From positions 9,610,001 to 9,674,000 of the forward strand of contig OZ176051.1 in the NCBI GenBank assembly GCA_964247055.1: a stretch of 64,000 bases of DNA, read 5' to 3'. The position numbers and the translations under genes are program-made. A model generated the notes under the pieces. The model was not told the origin of the DNA, did no database searches, and worked only from the letters and a program-made list of their open reading frames with translations. The DNA comes from Paragordius varius (Eukaryota; Animalia; Nematomorpha). The number at the start of each line of letters is the position of its first letter. Position 1 is the stretch's first letter. Shown in pieces: positions 38,681 through 52,795 of the stretch.

Positions 38681-40104
38681 TTAAACAACACTATTTTGGA
38701 GTTTGTATGATTTAAGGCGCTTAAAAAATAATTCTTTTGCAAACTTATAAAGTTCAACATCCATCCAATTAACATGACGCATGGCATTAATTACCGATGA
38801 ATTTAGGTCACTAAGATGTACGAATGTAGGGTATGTGTCATAGAAGGGAGTAGAGAAGGAAACATTATTTATCAATGCCTTTTTACGCTTATATTTATAG
38901 CGGAGTCGAGTTATCCGTTTGTTCGGACTTGTGTACAGTGATGTGTTAAAAGTAATGCCCAACATTTGTTGCATTAAAAATTGAGATTCCTTCAAATATT
39001 CCAACAAACCAAAAAACGCCAATTCATGTTCTAGCACATATTTAGCATTGTCCAAAACACGTCTAAGTAAAGCCTTCTTGTGATCCAATTGCATGGATGT
39101 GTAAATTTTACTACAAGTTATACACAGTAATATTAGTTAAATATATATATATATATATATTATTTAATGATTGATATTAAAATATTTTTTCCATAATTTT
39201 AAGTATTTTAATATATTTTAAAGTATTGTGATAAATAATTGATATACTTAGAGATATATGTTTGGATATGTAAAATACAATCAAACTTTGGATTATTTAT
39301 ATATGGGTTAACCAGTTTTTACCACTTAAACAGAATGAATTCTTTTTTTTCTATAACTTTTTAAAACCGTTTAAAAAATAATTATACCATTTACAGTTTA
39401 AATTAACCCTTGAACAATCCAAATTCACCCTTGAACAATTTAACATCCTCGAACAATTCAAATTTACCCTAAAAAATTATGTGTTTTTTAAGATATAAAA
39501 TTACCTTTATTTTATAATATTTTTAAAATAAAATTCTGTTTAACAAATATAATGCTGAAAAAATAATAAACGATGTCGTAAAAATACATTTCACATTAAT
39601 GATGAGTTATATTATCCCGAAAACATAATTTTATTTTTAGGGTGAATTTTAATTGTTCAAAGGTGAATTTGAATTATTTAAGTGTAAATTTGAATGTTTA
39701 AGTGGTTGAATCGTATGGTATAAGTAATTAAATGTGTTGGCAAAAGTGACAATTTTTATTAAAACAAAAAGATTTTCTGCTATTTTTGTGCAGTTTAATG
39801 ATAGTTGTATGTTTGACTGTATAGTATAATATTACTGATGAATACGATATAATACTAAAAAAATTACTCATAACAAGCTATCTGATTGAGATTGGCCAAA
39901 TGCATTGTTTGACGATTGATAGCAAAATTATATGGGCAGGAAATAAAATCAATTAGCGAAGTATTAAACCAATTAAACTTTTTGGCATTGGGAAAAATTG
40001 TTGTCCCATTTGCAGCATAAGTTTCCTGGTAACTGTAACACAACTTTTGAAGATAACTAAAACTAAAAAAGCGAAATTATGTGTTTATTTAGCGATTCCA
40101 ATCT

Positions 40105-40139
<35 letters not shown>

Positions 40140-40945
40140 GAGGAATCGAATGTAATAAAAAATATATTTTTGAGCACGCAGAGTTAAAAGTAATAAATTG
40201 GATTAAATCGTTTTACCGGAAGTTATAAAATTTTTATAATGAAGATAATATTAAAAACTATTCTAGACTAGATTATAAAAATTATATTTTTAAATTAAAT
40301 TTTAAAAAAAAGCAAATATACCTTTGGGAATTGCACATGTGCCTAGATGCGGCCCATGTAGCACCAAGTTTTGCATGATTGTACTCGCTTAAAAACCGTG
40401 TTATTGGATCTCTCAAAAGTGTAACGTAATAATATTTTGGTGATCTAAAAATATTTTATAATATATATTATTATAATATATGCTAAATTAATGTATAATT
40501 TTATTTACCGTTTTCGATATGCTTCTAAATGGGGAATGCATTCAGTTAAATCAGTATAGGTTGCATGTAAACCACATGCTTTCCAAGAATATGTTGATCG
40601 AGAAAATAACCACATATCTTTATATGCATTACGGTATGTTTTGACTGGATTATATGTAATATCGGAATTATGATTAAATCTATGACATTCACATACTGTT
40701 TTCTTATATTTTTTACAATTACACGGACGATTTATATTATATTGGGTTAATTTGTTTTCCAGATATGTGCCACCCGTTTTTTGAATGTGAATAAGGACTA
40801 AAACATCTTTGTTGAAATCAAACACTCGGTTGTTCCAAAATATATTTTTGTAAGATAGATATGGCGGATTTAGGGTGTAATATATGCAAATTAAACCAAT
40901 GAAAGTTACGATAAGGTATTTATAATATTTAACCATAATTAGCAT
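38681..40945 (-). CDS. HS6ST: Heparan-sulfate 6-O-sulfotransferase (exons 40509-40945, 40322-40444, 39868-40056, 38681-39110)
   Basis: N-terminal TM anchor; DVLVLIHIQKTGGT (5'-PSB); WLFSRSTYSWKACGLHA; YYVTLLRDPITRFLSEY (3'-PB); FISCPYNFAINRQ; AFFGLLEY; NWMDVELYKFAKELF. Confidence 0.95.
39388..39716. mobile_element. Foldback MITE family, copy 2 (in HS6ST intron 3)
   Basis: catttacagtttaaattaacccttgaacaat repeats at the left end, gggtgaattt..aattgttc at the right end. Confidence 0.75.
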
Positions 40946-41038
40946 AAAGCTTAAACAAATTTAAAAATTGTGGATAACTACATATGATACACCATGTAGA
41001 TAATGTATGATTTTACAGACATTGTATAAAAACCGCTG

Positions 41039-44000
41039 ATGAGTTTGGGTGGTGCAAAATATGTTTTGTACCAAGGCCAAAACTATAAAAAGATAAGGCA
41101 AAAATATAATAAACGAAGCCTTCTCTTCGAAGATCCAGAATTTCCAGCTCAAGATTCATCCTTGCATTATTCTCCTAAATGGCAAATACAGGGTATAACA
41201 TGGTTAAGGCCTCCGGTAATTTAGATTTTTCTATTTTTTATCTGTTTTAACATATAACATCATTCACATATTTAGGAAATAACGGAAGATCCGCATTTAT
41301 TTGTAAATGGAGCCAGTAGTAGTGATATAACTCAAGGACGAGTCGGAAATTGCTGGTTTGTCGCCGCTTGTTCAAGTTTGGCTCAAGAAAAAACCCTTTG
41401 GCGTCAAGTAATATTCGATTTAAATGTTAAAATTTTTATGTCGCGAACTTTTTCTATTTAAGGGTGAAGTATTATACGGAATATAAATATGTTTTTTTAA
41501 AAATCTTTATATATTTTTGTAAATAAATTTTTTTATATTGTTTATTCTTTCCCTAAAAACAGATTGTTCCCGATTACAAAGATCAGGATTGGGATCCTAA
41601 ACGACCAGAGAAATATGCTGGAATCTTTCATTTTAGGTATATTCTATTTTTCATTTTATAATAATATAATTAACACAGCTGGAATTAATCTATCATATAT
41701 TATAAAATATAATGTAAAACACGATAAGTGTTTTTATTTATACTGATAAATATTATTGCGTATAATCTTTTAATTATCCATTAATGCCATATTAAGATGA
41801 TATAAAAAATCTCTTGATTTAATTACCAAATAATTTTGTTATGAAAAAATGACAAAAGTTAAAAAACATTAAATTTTCATTTTTAAATATGCGTTATTGA
41901 TTGTCATATATCATAAATTTTAATTAAACTTTCAAATAATGTTTTTTTCATTCCCCCCTATATTAGATTTTGGCGTTTTGGTGATTGGATTGATATAGTT
42001 ATCGATGATCGTTTACCTACCATAAATGGCGAGCTTATTTTTACGCATTCTCGCATTAAAAATGAATTTTGGATATCTTTGTTGGAAAAGGCTTATGCCA
42101 AGTATATACATAAGTTTCTATATACAACACTAACTTGAATTACCAAATATTAAGTAAAAACTTTAATTATTTAACATAGATTTTAAATTAATGTTGTAAT
42201 TAGTATAGTTTGATATAATTGATTATGATCTATCTATCATAATCCTTGCATCCACCTATAAAACAACCCATTAAATAGGTTGATATTATAAATGGTTTAA
42301 TATTAATAAGTAAATATAATTTAAAAATTTATACCAATTTGTTTGGGTAATTTTGTGTTTCTTCATTTATTATCTTATATATGCATTGATGGTTCACTGT
42401 GTAAATTTAAATCTCCTAAAATTTTGATTTTCATTTCAAATATGATTTAAATAAATTTAAAAGACATATATAAACAAATTTTTTTAAATTTTTTTTTCAT
42501 TATGTGATATTAATTAAATTAATGTAAATTATGCCAAAATTTATGCATGCATTTTTTTAATTAAAAATTAATTATATTAGGGATGTCTATGTGTTTGTTT
42601 AACATTCTTGTGTTTCAATTATATATTTGTTATCTATATTGTAGTCGTATTCTATTATAAAATATAGATTGGTTTTTAAGCATTATTTACACACGTAAAA
42701 GACAATTTCGACTTTTAATTATGTATTGACAACATTCGAGGTATGACAGTTTGCCAAATGTTCACATAAATTAAAGTAGCGATTTTAATGAGATATGGAA
42801 TCATTTTATTATTAAATGATAGCCATTTAAAATAGCATTGGAAAAATGCAACAAAATTAAATTATATTGCCAAGAATGTACGGCTATTAAACACAAATAA
42901 GGTTAAGTAAAGAAAAGCCTTCATAATTCACTGAGAGGAAAATATAAGATTCATACGCAGGGTGGACTCCCTATAATGACCCTCCCTCAAAAAGAGCTTA
43001 TTGATATAAACACGCTCAGGAACTAAAGATCTCATTCTTAATAGTTGCTTATATTTGAATATCTAGTTACCTACAATCGTCAATTGTTATACTTTTTCGC
43101 AACTTCAGCATTCTGAAGGCCGCATAATTACCCAAAATCATAAAAAAACCAAAAAATCATTATAATTTTCAAATTTCATGGTAAAAGAACTAAATAAAAT
43201 AATATATATTAGATACTAGTTTAATTAGGATAAAAATGTAAAATAGGCTCATGATTCGGGTAAAGCTATATTTCTCTTTTTTACAATTTATGGTGTTATG
43301 AAAGATATAAGTGAAGTATTGACGATGAAACTCACGATATCTTTCTATTAGAATTATGTTTGATTTAGATATAATTTTGTTGGCATCGATCATACACTCT
43401 ACATTATCTATATTAATACGAAACAATAATAAGCTAACAGTGAATTGGAATATTAATTTAAAAAGTTTTAAGAGTTTTAAGGATTTTAAATATCAAATAT
43501 ATCAATTTGATAATAAGCATTTTACATTTACGATTTTTACATTATTACATTGTAAATTGTGCCTAATTAAATATTTTTACTTTTAAATAAGCCAATCCAT
43601 TAAATGACAAATATAAGCATTTATTACCCAAATATATAGACTCAATGGGTGTTACGAGGCTTTGGATGGCGGAAATTTATCGGATGCTTTGGTTGATTTC
43701 ACGGGCGGCATTTGTGAGAACATTGAATTGAGTCAGGAACATGCTCCCACTAACACGAATCAACAACCCAAATTGCCTTCTGTCACACCTTCGCTAGAAA
43801 CTTTGGTTGGTTCTACACCCAAAGTTACAGGTTTTTTAATTTCTCTAATATTTTTTAGGTAAATGAAAAACTTTCTGATGATTAGTTTGAATGGTAAAAA
43901 TATGGTTAAATCTTAGTTGAACCCTTACCGTAAAGGTTAATGTAATATTTTCAAAAAATTTATTCTATTTTTGTACAATATATTGTTTAAAAGGAAAAAA

Positions 44001-47000
44001 TGTTTGAAAAAAACTATGTTAATATGAAGCAATTCTATATAAAATATTAAAGTTGGTTATATTTTATGGAAAACGTTACCTTCAAAATAAAAAAATGTTG
44101 TTTTTTTAAATAAATTTTTAATTTTAAAGATTCTCTCCCAAAAACGTTAAACTGCTAAACTCATTTTTTGTTTTTCATTTCTCAGGGGTTTCTCTCTAAT
44201 ATATTTTTTGAGAAAAAATATTTTAGTAAATATTGCTTATATCTTAAGTTCAATGTTAGAATTTTTTCTATTTGATTGCTCGATTGAAACTCTAAAATCC
44301 GGTTATAAATAACACTCTTTTTAATTACTTGAATTATTAGCTAAGTATTTTCATTTTTATTATTTTGATTTGTAGATATTGACCAAAATGTTATTACTTC
44401 AACACCCTCTTCAGAACAAACTCCTATTAATCCATCTGAAATTCAGTCAGGTCTGTCCACAATAATATTTAATAAAATAGAAATATCAAAAATGTTATTT
44501 GTATTGTAATTTAATTTATTTTTTTATTTGTTAATGGATATTTTTTAATTAGAACCACTAACATTAGACACTAACAAAGAAACAAATCCACCAATAAATT
44601 TGCAACAAATTAACGAATCTGAAAACGAACCCACTGAACGTGACCCTATGATCGTACCTCCCATGATAACTGATACGAATGGTTTCAAAAAATATAATTT
44701 ATTTAATATAAGTTTACACTTGCTTTTTATCTTATAAAAATTATTTTCCGTCAAAAAGTTAATTTATTGCTTCGATTTCATTTTTTTCTATTTTCAAAAT
44801 TTACAAGAAATGGTATTAAATTTTCTTTCTGCAAATACCTTTTTCTTAAAATAATAATTTTAAATTTTTATCATTCCATTATATATCGGCTTATATAATT
44901 TACTTATTTGCCCAACATCTTATGTATTTCATATAAAGACAATTATTATAATGGGTTATAATGGAAGTTATAATCTCAAAATATTAAGGTAGTATCATTC
45001 TTATCTAATTAGGTAGCTTCTTTCTTTAGCTAAAAAATAGATACCTTTTTACACGAAACAAAACACAGATTTTGTTTTTAGCAATATCTAGAAAAATATT
45101 AAAATATAATTTAATACGCATCATGTAAGTCAACTTTAGACATAGAGGTAAAAAGGATGAGTATTGAAAATATTCCATAATACTTCATTTTCTCACTGTC
45201 TGCCATGGGTAGTTGGGTGTTTTCAAGTGCATAAAAATTTAATTACTTGGCCTATTTTGATAGTTAAAAAGAAAAACATAGTTGTAAAACAACGAGTCAG
45301 TTTTTTGCATTTATCAAATTTTCCCAAATTATAGTGTATGTATTATAAAAAAAAGTATGTTTTTCTATACTTTTGAAAGACCAGTAGCACATAATAAGAA
45401 TCTGGGGGGTAGAACTCCATCCAAAAATGGTTTAGGTCCTATTTGGTTTATCCAGCTGAATCTATTTTCACATTTATTTGTATTTAATAATGTAATATAA
45501 TTAATATCTCTCAGTCTATGTTCTTTTCTTTCATTCTTTATTAAATTAATTCCTAGGGAAACCAACCAATTCACCCACTTTATCCCACCGCTCCACAAAA
45601 ACTATGGATGATGATATGAGCCCCTATAAAAGGGGAAAAACAACTGAAGATACGGACCTGGCAAACAACAGCAGTGGTTTAGCTAACCGCGGAATCTATT
45701 ATTGTGGAGACGGTGAGGCCCGCAAGGCCTTATTCAAAGTTTTGTTGCGTGAAACTGCACGTAAAAGTTTGATGTCCGCAGCGATTGATGTAATGATTTT
45801 ACCTTACTTTGTTTTATTTAAAATGATCTCTTTATTAATTGATAATTTTTGGGGGAAATTTTAAGTTTTCCAATGGTTATGATTAGGAGGTATAATTTTT
45901 TACCCCCCAAACTCTATTCAAAGTAGTTTAGTTGCACGAGACTACACGTAAAAGTTTAATGTGTGCAGCGATAGGTGTATGATTTTATACTTTAGACTTT
46001 TTTAAACGATACATATCATGATTATTAGTTGACAAGAATTTTATATGTATATATATATGTGTATTGATGGTGATAAAATGAGAGGATTATTAATCTTGTA
46101 GTAATTTACTAATATGCTCAAATTAATACTTGAGTATTATAAATTATTTTAGACAATCTAAGCCGCACATAATTTTGTATGTCATATACAAAGATTTATT
46201 CAATATATGGAGCTCCCTAATTATTAAACATTAACTATTTTTTATTGTTGTTATTCACTAGGCATTAGGGGGAAGCATGTAGTAAATAATGCTTTATTAG
46301 GCGTGGTGTATGTGATCAGCGAATATTATGTATTGACTTTATGCCATGTATGTGGTTTCACGTTGAGAAAATGTATTCATTACCGGCATCTGCAACGGCT
46401 TTTATAAATTATACAATCAAAAAACATTCCAATAATGATCGAAATCTATATAAAAATAATTGTATAAAACGTTTGTTTTATTAGAAAAATGTCGACATAA
46501 ATTTAATATAATTGGTAAAGTTCGATTTATGAATTTATAACATTTCTTATTTGTGATATGATTGACTATTTATGCATTCGTAAGCGATTAGAACGATTAT
46601 TATTTGGCTGGTCAAAAACTTTATGCAAAACTTTGTGCTTTTAATCCACAACTATAAGTATTTAATAAAATTGTTTTTTATAATAATTTATATATGATTC
46701 TATAGAATAGTCTGTTAAAATTTAAGTAAATATTAAACTATTGAAATAAACGATGATGGTATTTATTATATTTAACATTTACATATAATGTTTTGTCTTT
46801 TTTCTCAAGACTTTGTCTTGTAGTGAAAATATTTTTATTACGTTATTATTTATATATCATGACAATAGGTTAAAGAGGAATCTGAACGGGAAACACGAAC
46901 TGCCCAAGGTTTGGTCCGTGGTCATGCTTACGGTATTACGGCTGTTAAAAAGTTTTACACGAAAGACACTTCTATCATTGATTTGGGACAAATATTTAAA

Positions 47001-50000
47001 TTTCGTCGGTTTAGGGGCGCTGGTAATAATATGACACCTGACGGAGAAAATGGTATAATTAATAATGTGAAATTATATATCAACTTGGAAATATTTAAAT
47101 TCTATATGTTGAAAAATATTATTAAAAGAAAGCTACTATATAAATAATGAAGATAAATTAATAAACCGACAAAAAGAAAGCAATCATATCAACCCAATAA
47201 CGGAATTTTTTATAAATAGCTATACATCTTTATTTTTATAAAATATTTCATAATTTTAATGTGTATCTTTATTTTAATTTTATTTTTGTCTTGATTCGAA
47301 GCAGTTAGAGGAATCTAACGAAAATTCATTAATAAATTTATTATTAATTTTGCTGAATTATTCTAAAAAAAACTATTATCATATCAATTTTTGATATTTG
47401 CATAGAAAAAACGCCCGAAAAGTTTTATATGATCCGTCTGAAAAACCCTTGGGGAGGTAAAAATGAATGGACTGGGCCCTTCAGTGATGGGTATATTGCC
47501 AATAAACTAGTTCAATTTGAAATTTAGTGTATATATACTGTTGTAGTAATCCCTATGCGACTTTTATGTGACAACTTTTTTAAATTTTAAGTAATTTTTT
47601 GAAAAAACTATTTGGTAGAACTTTTTATAAATTTGATGCATTGCAAATGGCTCATAAAATTGTTTTAAATTATAATATCAATCATTAAATCCTTATTTCA
47701 TTTAGTATCGATTTTTTACAATAGAAATATTTAACACATCAATTCTAATTAAATCTAATTAAACTTTAATATAAATGCACACAGATCACCAGAATGGGAA
47801 AAAATAACTCCATCTCAACGCGAAAAACTCGGATTAGTCTTTGAAGATGATGGGGAATTTTGGTTTATTATCATTTTTATCCAAAATAATTATTTTTGTT
47901 TATAAATATTTTGCGATTATAACGGATTTTCTTTGTTATCTAATTAGAAATAAAATAATTAGCCTTACCTATAACTAAAAAATCATTTTTTAGGGAAAAC
48001 AGTAAATCTTAATAAATTAGTGCAATTTTAAAGTGTTTTTCCCATTTAAATCTCTATTCCTATTTTGCAACCTTAAAATAATAGGTTTTATATTTCACAA
48101 AAAATGCGGTTTTCCTTGTAACTTTTATCGTCTTTATAATTTTATTTTTTTACTGTATAATTATATAATATAATTATAATAGGATGACATTTGATGATTT
48201 TTGTGCCAATTTTACACATCTCTCAATCTGTTACGTGTTAAATACGTCCTATTTTACACTTGCTAAAACTTGGCATGAAGCCATTCTCTGGGCTAAATGG
48301 ATTAATGGTCCCTATGGATCTAAGACTGATAGAGCCGGTGGATGTGTTAATTACGAATCGTTTTTACAAAATCCTCAAGTAAAAAAAATTGTTTTTTTTG
48401 TTTCATAAAAAAAGATTAATTTGGTAATTTTTTTTTTTCAGTTTTAAAATAGTTTTGATAAATAATACATTATTGCGCTATAATATTGTTAATTTGTTCG
48501 TTAAGTTGTTTAAGTCGAGTTCGACTTGTTGGTATTTGGAGGAGCTGTGTATTTATATATTCATAAAATTTTTTTCCTTTAATATCAATAATATAACAAT
48601 ATAATCCAAGTTATTAATCGTTAACATCTTTTTGGATAAAATCTTATTGGATGTCTAACTTTGTCATCTATTGAAATAAGTGTGGTTTAGTTAAAATATT
48701 TTGTATAAAATGAAATAACCTTTTAAGCTTTTTATCTCTCCTAAGTCAAAATTTAACTTGTATATTTTTTCTGCGCTTTTAAAAGGACGATTTCGGTTAT
48801 ACTTGGCATTTTTACGCATATTCTTATGTTTCATAGTGCTTCCTGACACTCTATGAATCACCAACTGCACGTGAAGAAGTATTATTCTATTTGAGTCAAA
48901 AAGATAGGCGTGAAAACAAACAGTATACATCACAAAATTTGACAATCGGATTCTCTATCTTTAAGGTTTTTTGTTTTAATGTTTATTAGTGTTAGAATTA
49001 AAACTGTATGCACCATTTATATTTATTAACCTTTAGAAAGAGTATGGCTTTCATCATGACTTTTTCTAGAAAAATAAATTTAAACTTTTTAAGTAAACCT
49101 TATTTTAATTTATAAGCTTTTTTTAATCTTAGGATACAATTAAGAATTATAATGTTATACCATTTTGATATTTAAACTATCCACAGATTAGTTCATCTTA
49201 AATTAGAATATTTATAAAACATTTAACTGGTTTAAGTTTACTAGGACCTAATTTAAATTAAAAAAGCATAATAATTAACATGAGCTAATTAGTTGGCACT
49301 TTTTTAAAAAAAGGGGTTTATTTTATGGATAGTTATTAGATGTATTCACGACAATAAATATAACATTATTCAAATTCACCCTTAAAAAATTTACACTCAT
49401 CCTCGAACAATTCTAATTCACCCTTAAATAAATTATATGTTTTTAAAGATTAAAAATTACCTATATTTTTATATTTATTAAAATATTTTGTTTTAAATAA
49501 AAATAATACTAAAAAAATAATAAACTATGCCATAAAGATATATTTTATATTAATAATGAATCATATTGGTTCGTAAACACATAATTTATTTTTAGGGTGA
49601 ATTTAAATTGTTCAAGGGTGAATTTAAATTGTTCAAAGGTGAATTTGAACTGTAAATGATATATACAATATACCCATATATATATATATGCTTACTAAAA
49701 GGTGGAGGAAAATCGAATGTATCGCATTCATGACATTAGATACAGTACCAAAGTTGGTCAATCAGATTACATAAATTCTCGGTCCATATTTCTCCGTTGT
49801 TTCCTAGCATCGCCTGCCACATACCTAGTCCTTCCAACAACATTCCGGCCCGGGGAACAGGGGGATTTTATGTTTCGTATCTATTGCGGTTATCGAACTC
49901 AATTTAGGTTTTTTTCCATACTATGTTCGCAATAAAATTTAGAAGAATAAGTTTTTTTTATAAAGAAATATACATTTTGATTGATCCCTTATTTTTTGAA

Positions 50001-51712
50001 AATGTTTACTGTGAGTATATATATATTATATATATATTCCTTATTTTGTACAACACACGAAAGGTATAAAAAACAAGGTTAATAAATAAAGATGTCACTA
50101 AGAATTCCTTTTTATATATTATTTTTTATGTTGTTTGCCTTTTTATAACAACTACCAATACGCGCCCAAAAACTAATTGATACATTTTTTTTCTTTATAA
50201 TATTAGCTTAGCACAAAGAGATTACCCTAAACATACCATATTTTCAGGGTGCGTTGGATATCCCACATGCGTTTACCGGCTACATCTTATGCATGCAAAA
50301 GCGCTTGAAAAACAGAACCGTTCTGGAAGTTTGTTTGCTTTTTTAATTAAAATAAAATATTTTGCGGAAAATTTGTAAAAAATATTGTCATAAATTTATG
50401 TGTGTTTTTGTTTGTTAAATAATGACGCTATGTTTGTCAAAGGGCATATATTATTTAAAACCATAATACCTCAATATGTTTAAATCACAATACGAAAGCA
50501 AATTATCTATCGGTATCATTTTCGTTTTTAAAAGTTTTTTAAAATTTTATATCTTTTTTAAAAAAATTTATATTAATTTTAAGTTAAGATGGACAAATTT
50601 ATAACTATTCATATACATATTAGGTGGTGCCGATCCATATGCTATAATAAGTTGCGAAAAATATCGCTATACTACGCGTACTATCAGAGATTCTCAAGAT
50701 CCTGTTTGGAATGAAAGCTACATTTTTTATTGCAAAAAACGCAATTCACCCATTAGAGTTGAAGTAATATTTCGTTTCCTTGTATATCAAAATCTTTGAA
50801 GTATTATTTTGGCCTCACATTGTTTCCAAAAAAGATGCAACATTTTAATAATAGCCAAATTATTTTTATTGATAACAGAGTATTTTATTAAAAAATGTTT
50901 TTGAATCAAATATTCCAAATATTGGTTTTAAAAAATACTTTCGGTTTTGCTGTTATGTGTTCAAATAATATGATTTGTTTTTATGGTTTGATAATTTTAA
51001 GGAAAATTTCATTATTTTGATACGAGGTAAATTAAAAAAAGAATGTTAACAAAATAATGTCTCTCAATATTATATATATATATATATATATATTTTAAAA
51101 ATTAAAATATTAAGAAAAAATAATAACTTTTTGGTACCGCGGTTCCGGGACAATTCCTGTTTCATCTTAATATAATTATTTATATAAATACAGCAGATGT
51201 GATATAAAATTACAATTAAAATACTTAATTATTTTCCCATATATTTCCACATTATATTTAATTCCAATAAAAATTGAAACCACAACGTAATCTAAATTAC
51301 AAAATTTTTATAAAGACAACCATAATTTTTATCATTTTAATACCTATCTTTTTGGGATGCAAAATAAATGAAGATTTAAATGGGTCACACAATCCATTAT
51401 ACATTTGAAAACTGTAAACGTTATTTTTTCAAAAACAAGGTTTGAATGCTATAGCAGTCTCTAAAAAATATTTATCCTTACAAGTTTTTACGCGTTGTTT
51501 TAATTTTATATTTTTCTGTAAAATAGTTATGGAATGCGAATATTATGAGAGACAGTTTTTTAGGTCAAGCTATAATACATCCGCAAATTGATGAAACAAC
51601 TAAACAATTTGAACTTAGTCTCATGGGTCGAGGGAAAAAACCGTCCGGTTCAATGCCAGGAACTTTAACTGTTCAACTCACTGCTTCGGATAATGTCAAA
51701 ACATTTTTTTAA
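41039..51712 (+). CDS. CAPN5: Calpain-5 / TRA-3-type calpain (CysPc, C2L/domain III, C2), about 17 exons
   Basis: LFEDPEFPA (41039-41215); [12 protein letters not shown], catalytic Cys (41276-41407); 41564-41636; [17 protein letters not shown] (41967-42101); DALVDFTGG (43641-43830); insert exons 44376-44450, 44553-44681, 45557-45789; GLVRGHAY, His (46869-47051); RLKNPWG, Asn (47406-47490); 47785-47862; 48183-48378; 48837-48965; [18 protein letters not shown] (49702-49908); 50207-50330; 50623-50763; C2 terminus 51527-51712. No penta-EF domain. Confidence 0.95.
49365..49656. mobile_element. Foldback MITE family, copy 3 (CAPN5 intron)
   Basis: ttcaaattcaccctt repeats at the left; gggtgaatttaaattgttc x3 then gaactgtaaa at the right. 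Confidence 0.75.
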
Positions 51713-52019
51713 AACGGTTTTTATAATATTCAATATCATTCATTCTTTTGATGAATTGTAAATATTTCCCACACTCAGTTATTTATATATATATATATAA
51801 GGTGTTTATAAAATTGTACATTTTTATCATTGTTTATAGCAAAATTAAAGATAATAATGCAACTCAATTTTATGCAATTCCAATCATTCTAGTCCATCTT
51901 AAATATATCATTCTATATATTAGTAATAATTTAAATTATCGATCGTAATTAATAAATAATATTTAATTTTATCTTGGCTCTATAGGGCAGGAATTTAGCA
52001 ATACAAGTACCATTGGATT

Positions 52020-52056
<37 letters not shown>

Positions 52057-52795
52057 AAATTTATTATGGGTACATGAAACCGTACTAAGGCAAAACAATA
52101 AAAAAGATAAATTGCAGATAGTTCATATTTAATGGGCGCTAAAAACATTTCAAACTTTCGTTTTGTTTAAAATTTAGATCAAGTATAATATAAGTCTCAA
52201 ACAACTATAATTATAATTAATTTAACCATTAAATATTTCATATTTACTAATTACACCCAAACCATGATTCAGAAAAAAGAGTGTTGGGTTAAGTTGCGTG
52301 CTTTATTAAAACCTACATCTAAAATATGAATCAAATTTAATAGAGTTAGCCATGCTAACATGCGGGGTTATTCAATGTAAACTTGAGAGCTAGTGTGAAA
52401 AAAGAGCTTTTTAAGACACAACCGATACTCAAGTCAACTTTTACACCACCATATCAATTTTTACCAAATTTGACAAATTTTTTACTGTAAACGCGCGTTC
52501 GAGATGTCAAGCATATGAAATAAATCATTATGTACAGCCATTTCAATTCTTAAAATTTTTGCAAAGATTAGGCTTACTATGATATATTTAAATAATGTAA
52601 ATATCCATATAATATTTTTGGATAAATCATCCAAATATACAATCTCAAAGGTATGATAATCATATTAGTGTGTTAGATAATCTTTTAAGCGTATGACCTT
52701 ATATGAGGCTGCCTTAATATTTCCATTTATTTGATCACAAAAATTGAATCCTTATAGTTAAATAAATACAATTATATCTAGTCCTTTTTTGGGCG

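Noticed and set aside
39855-39867. Possible 13-nt intron GTAATTTTTTTAG in HS6ST
   Set aside because: The downstream sequence is not HS6ST-like; homology resumes at 39110, so the true intron is 39111-39867.
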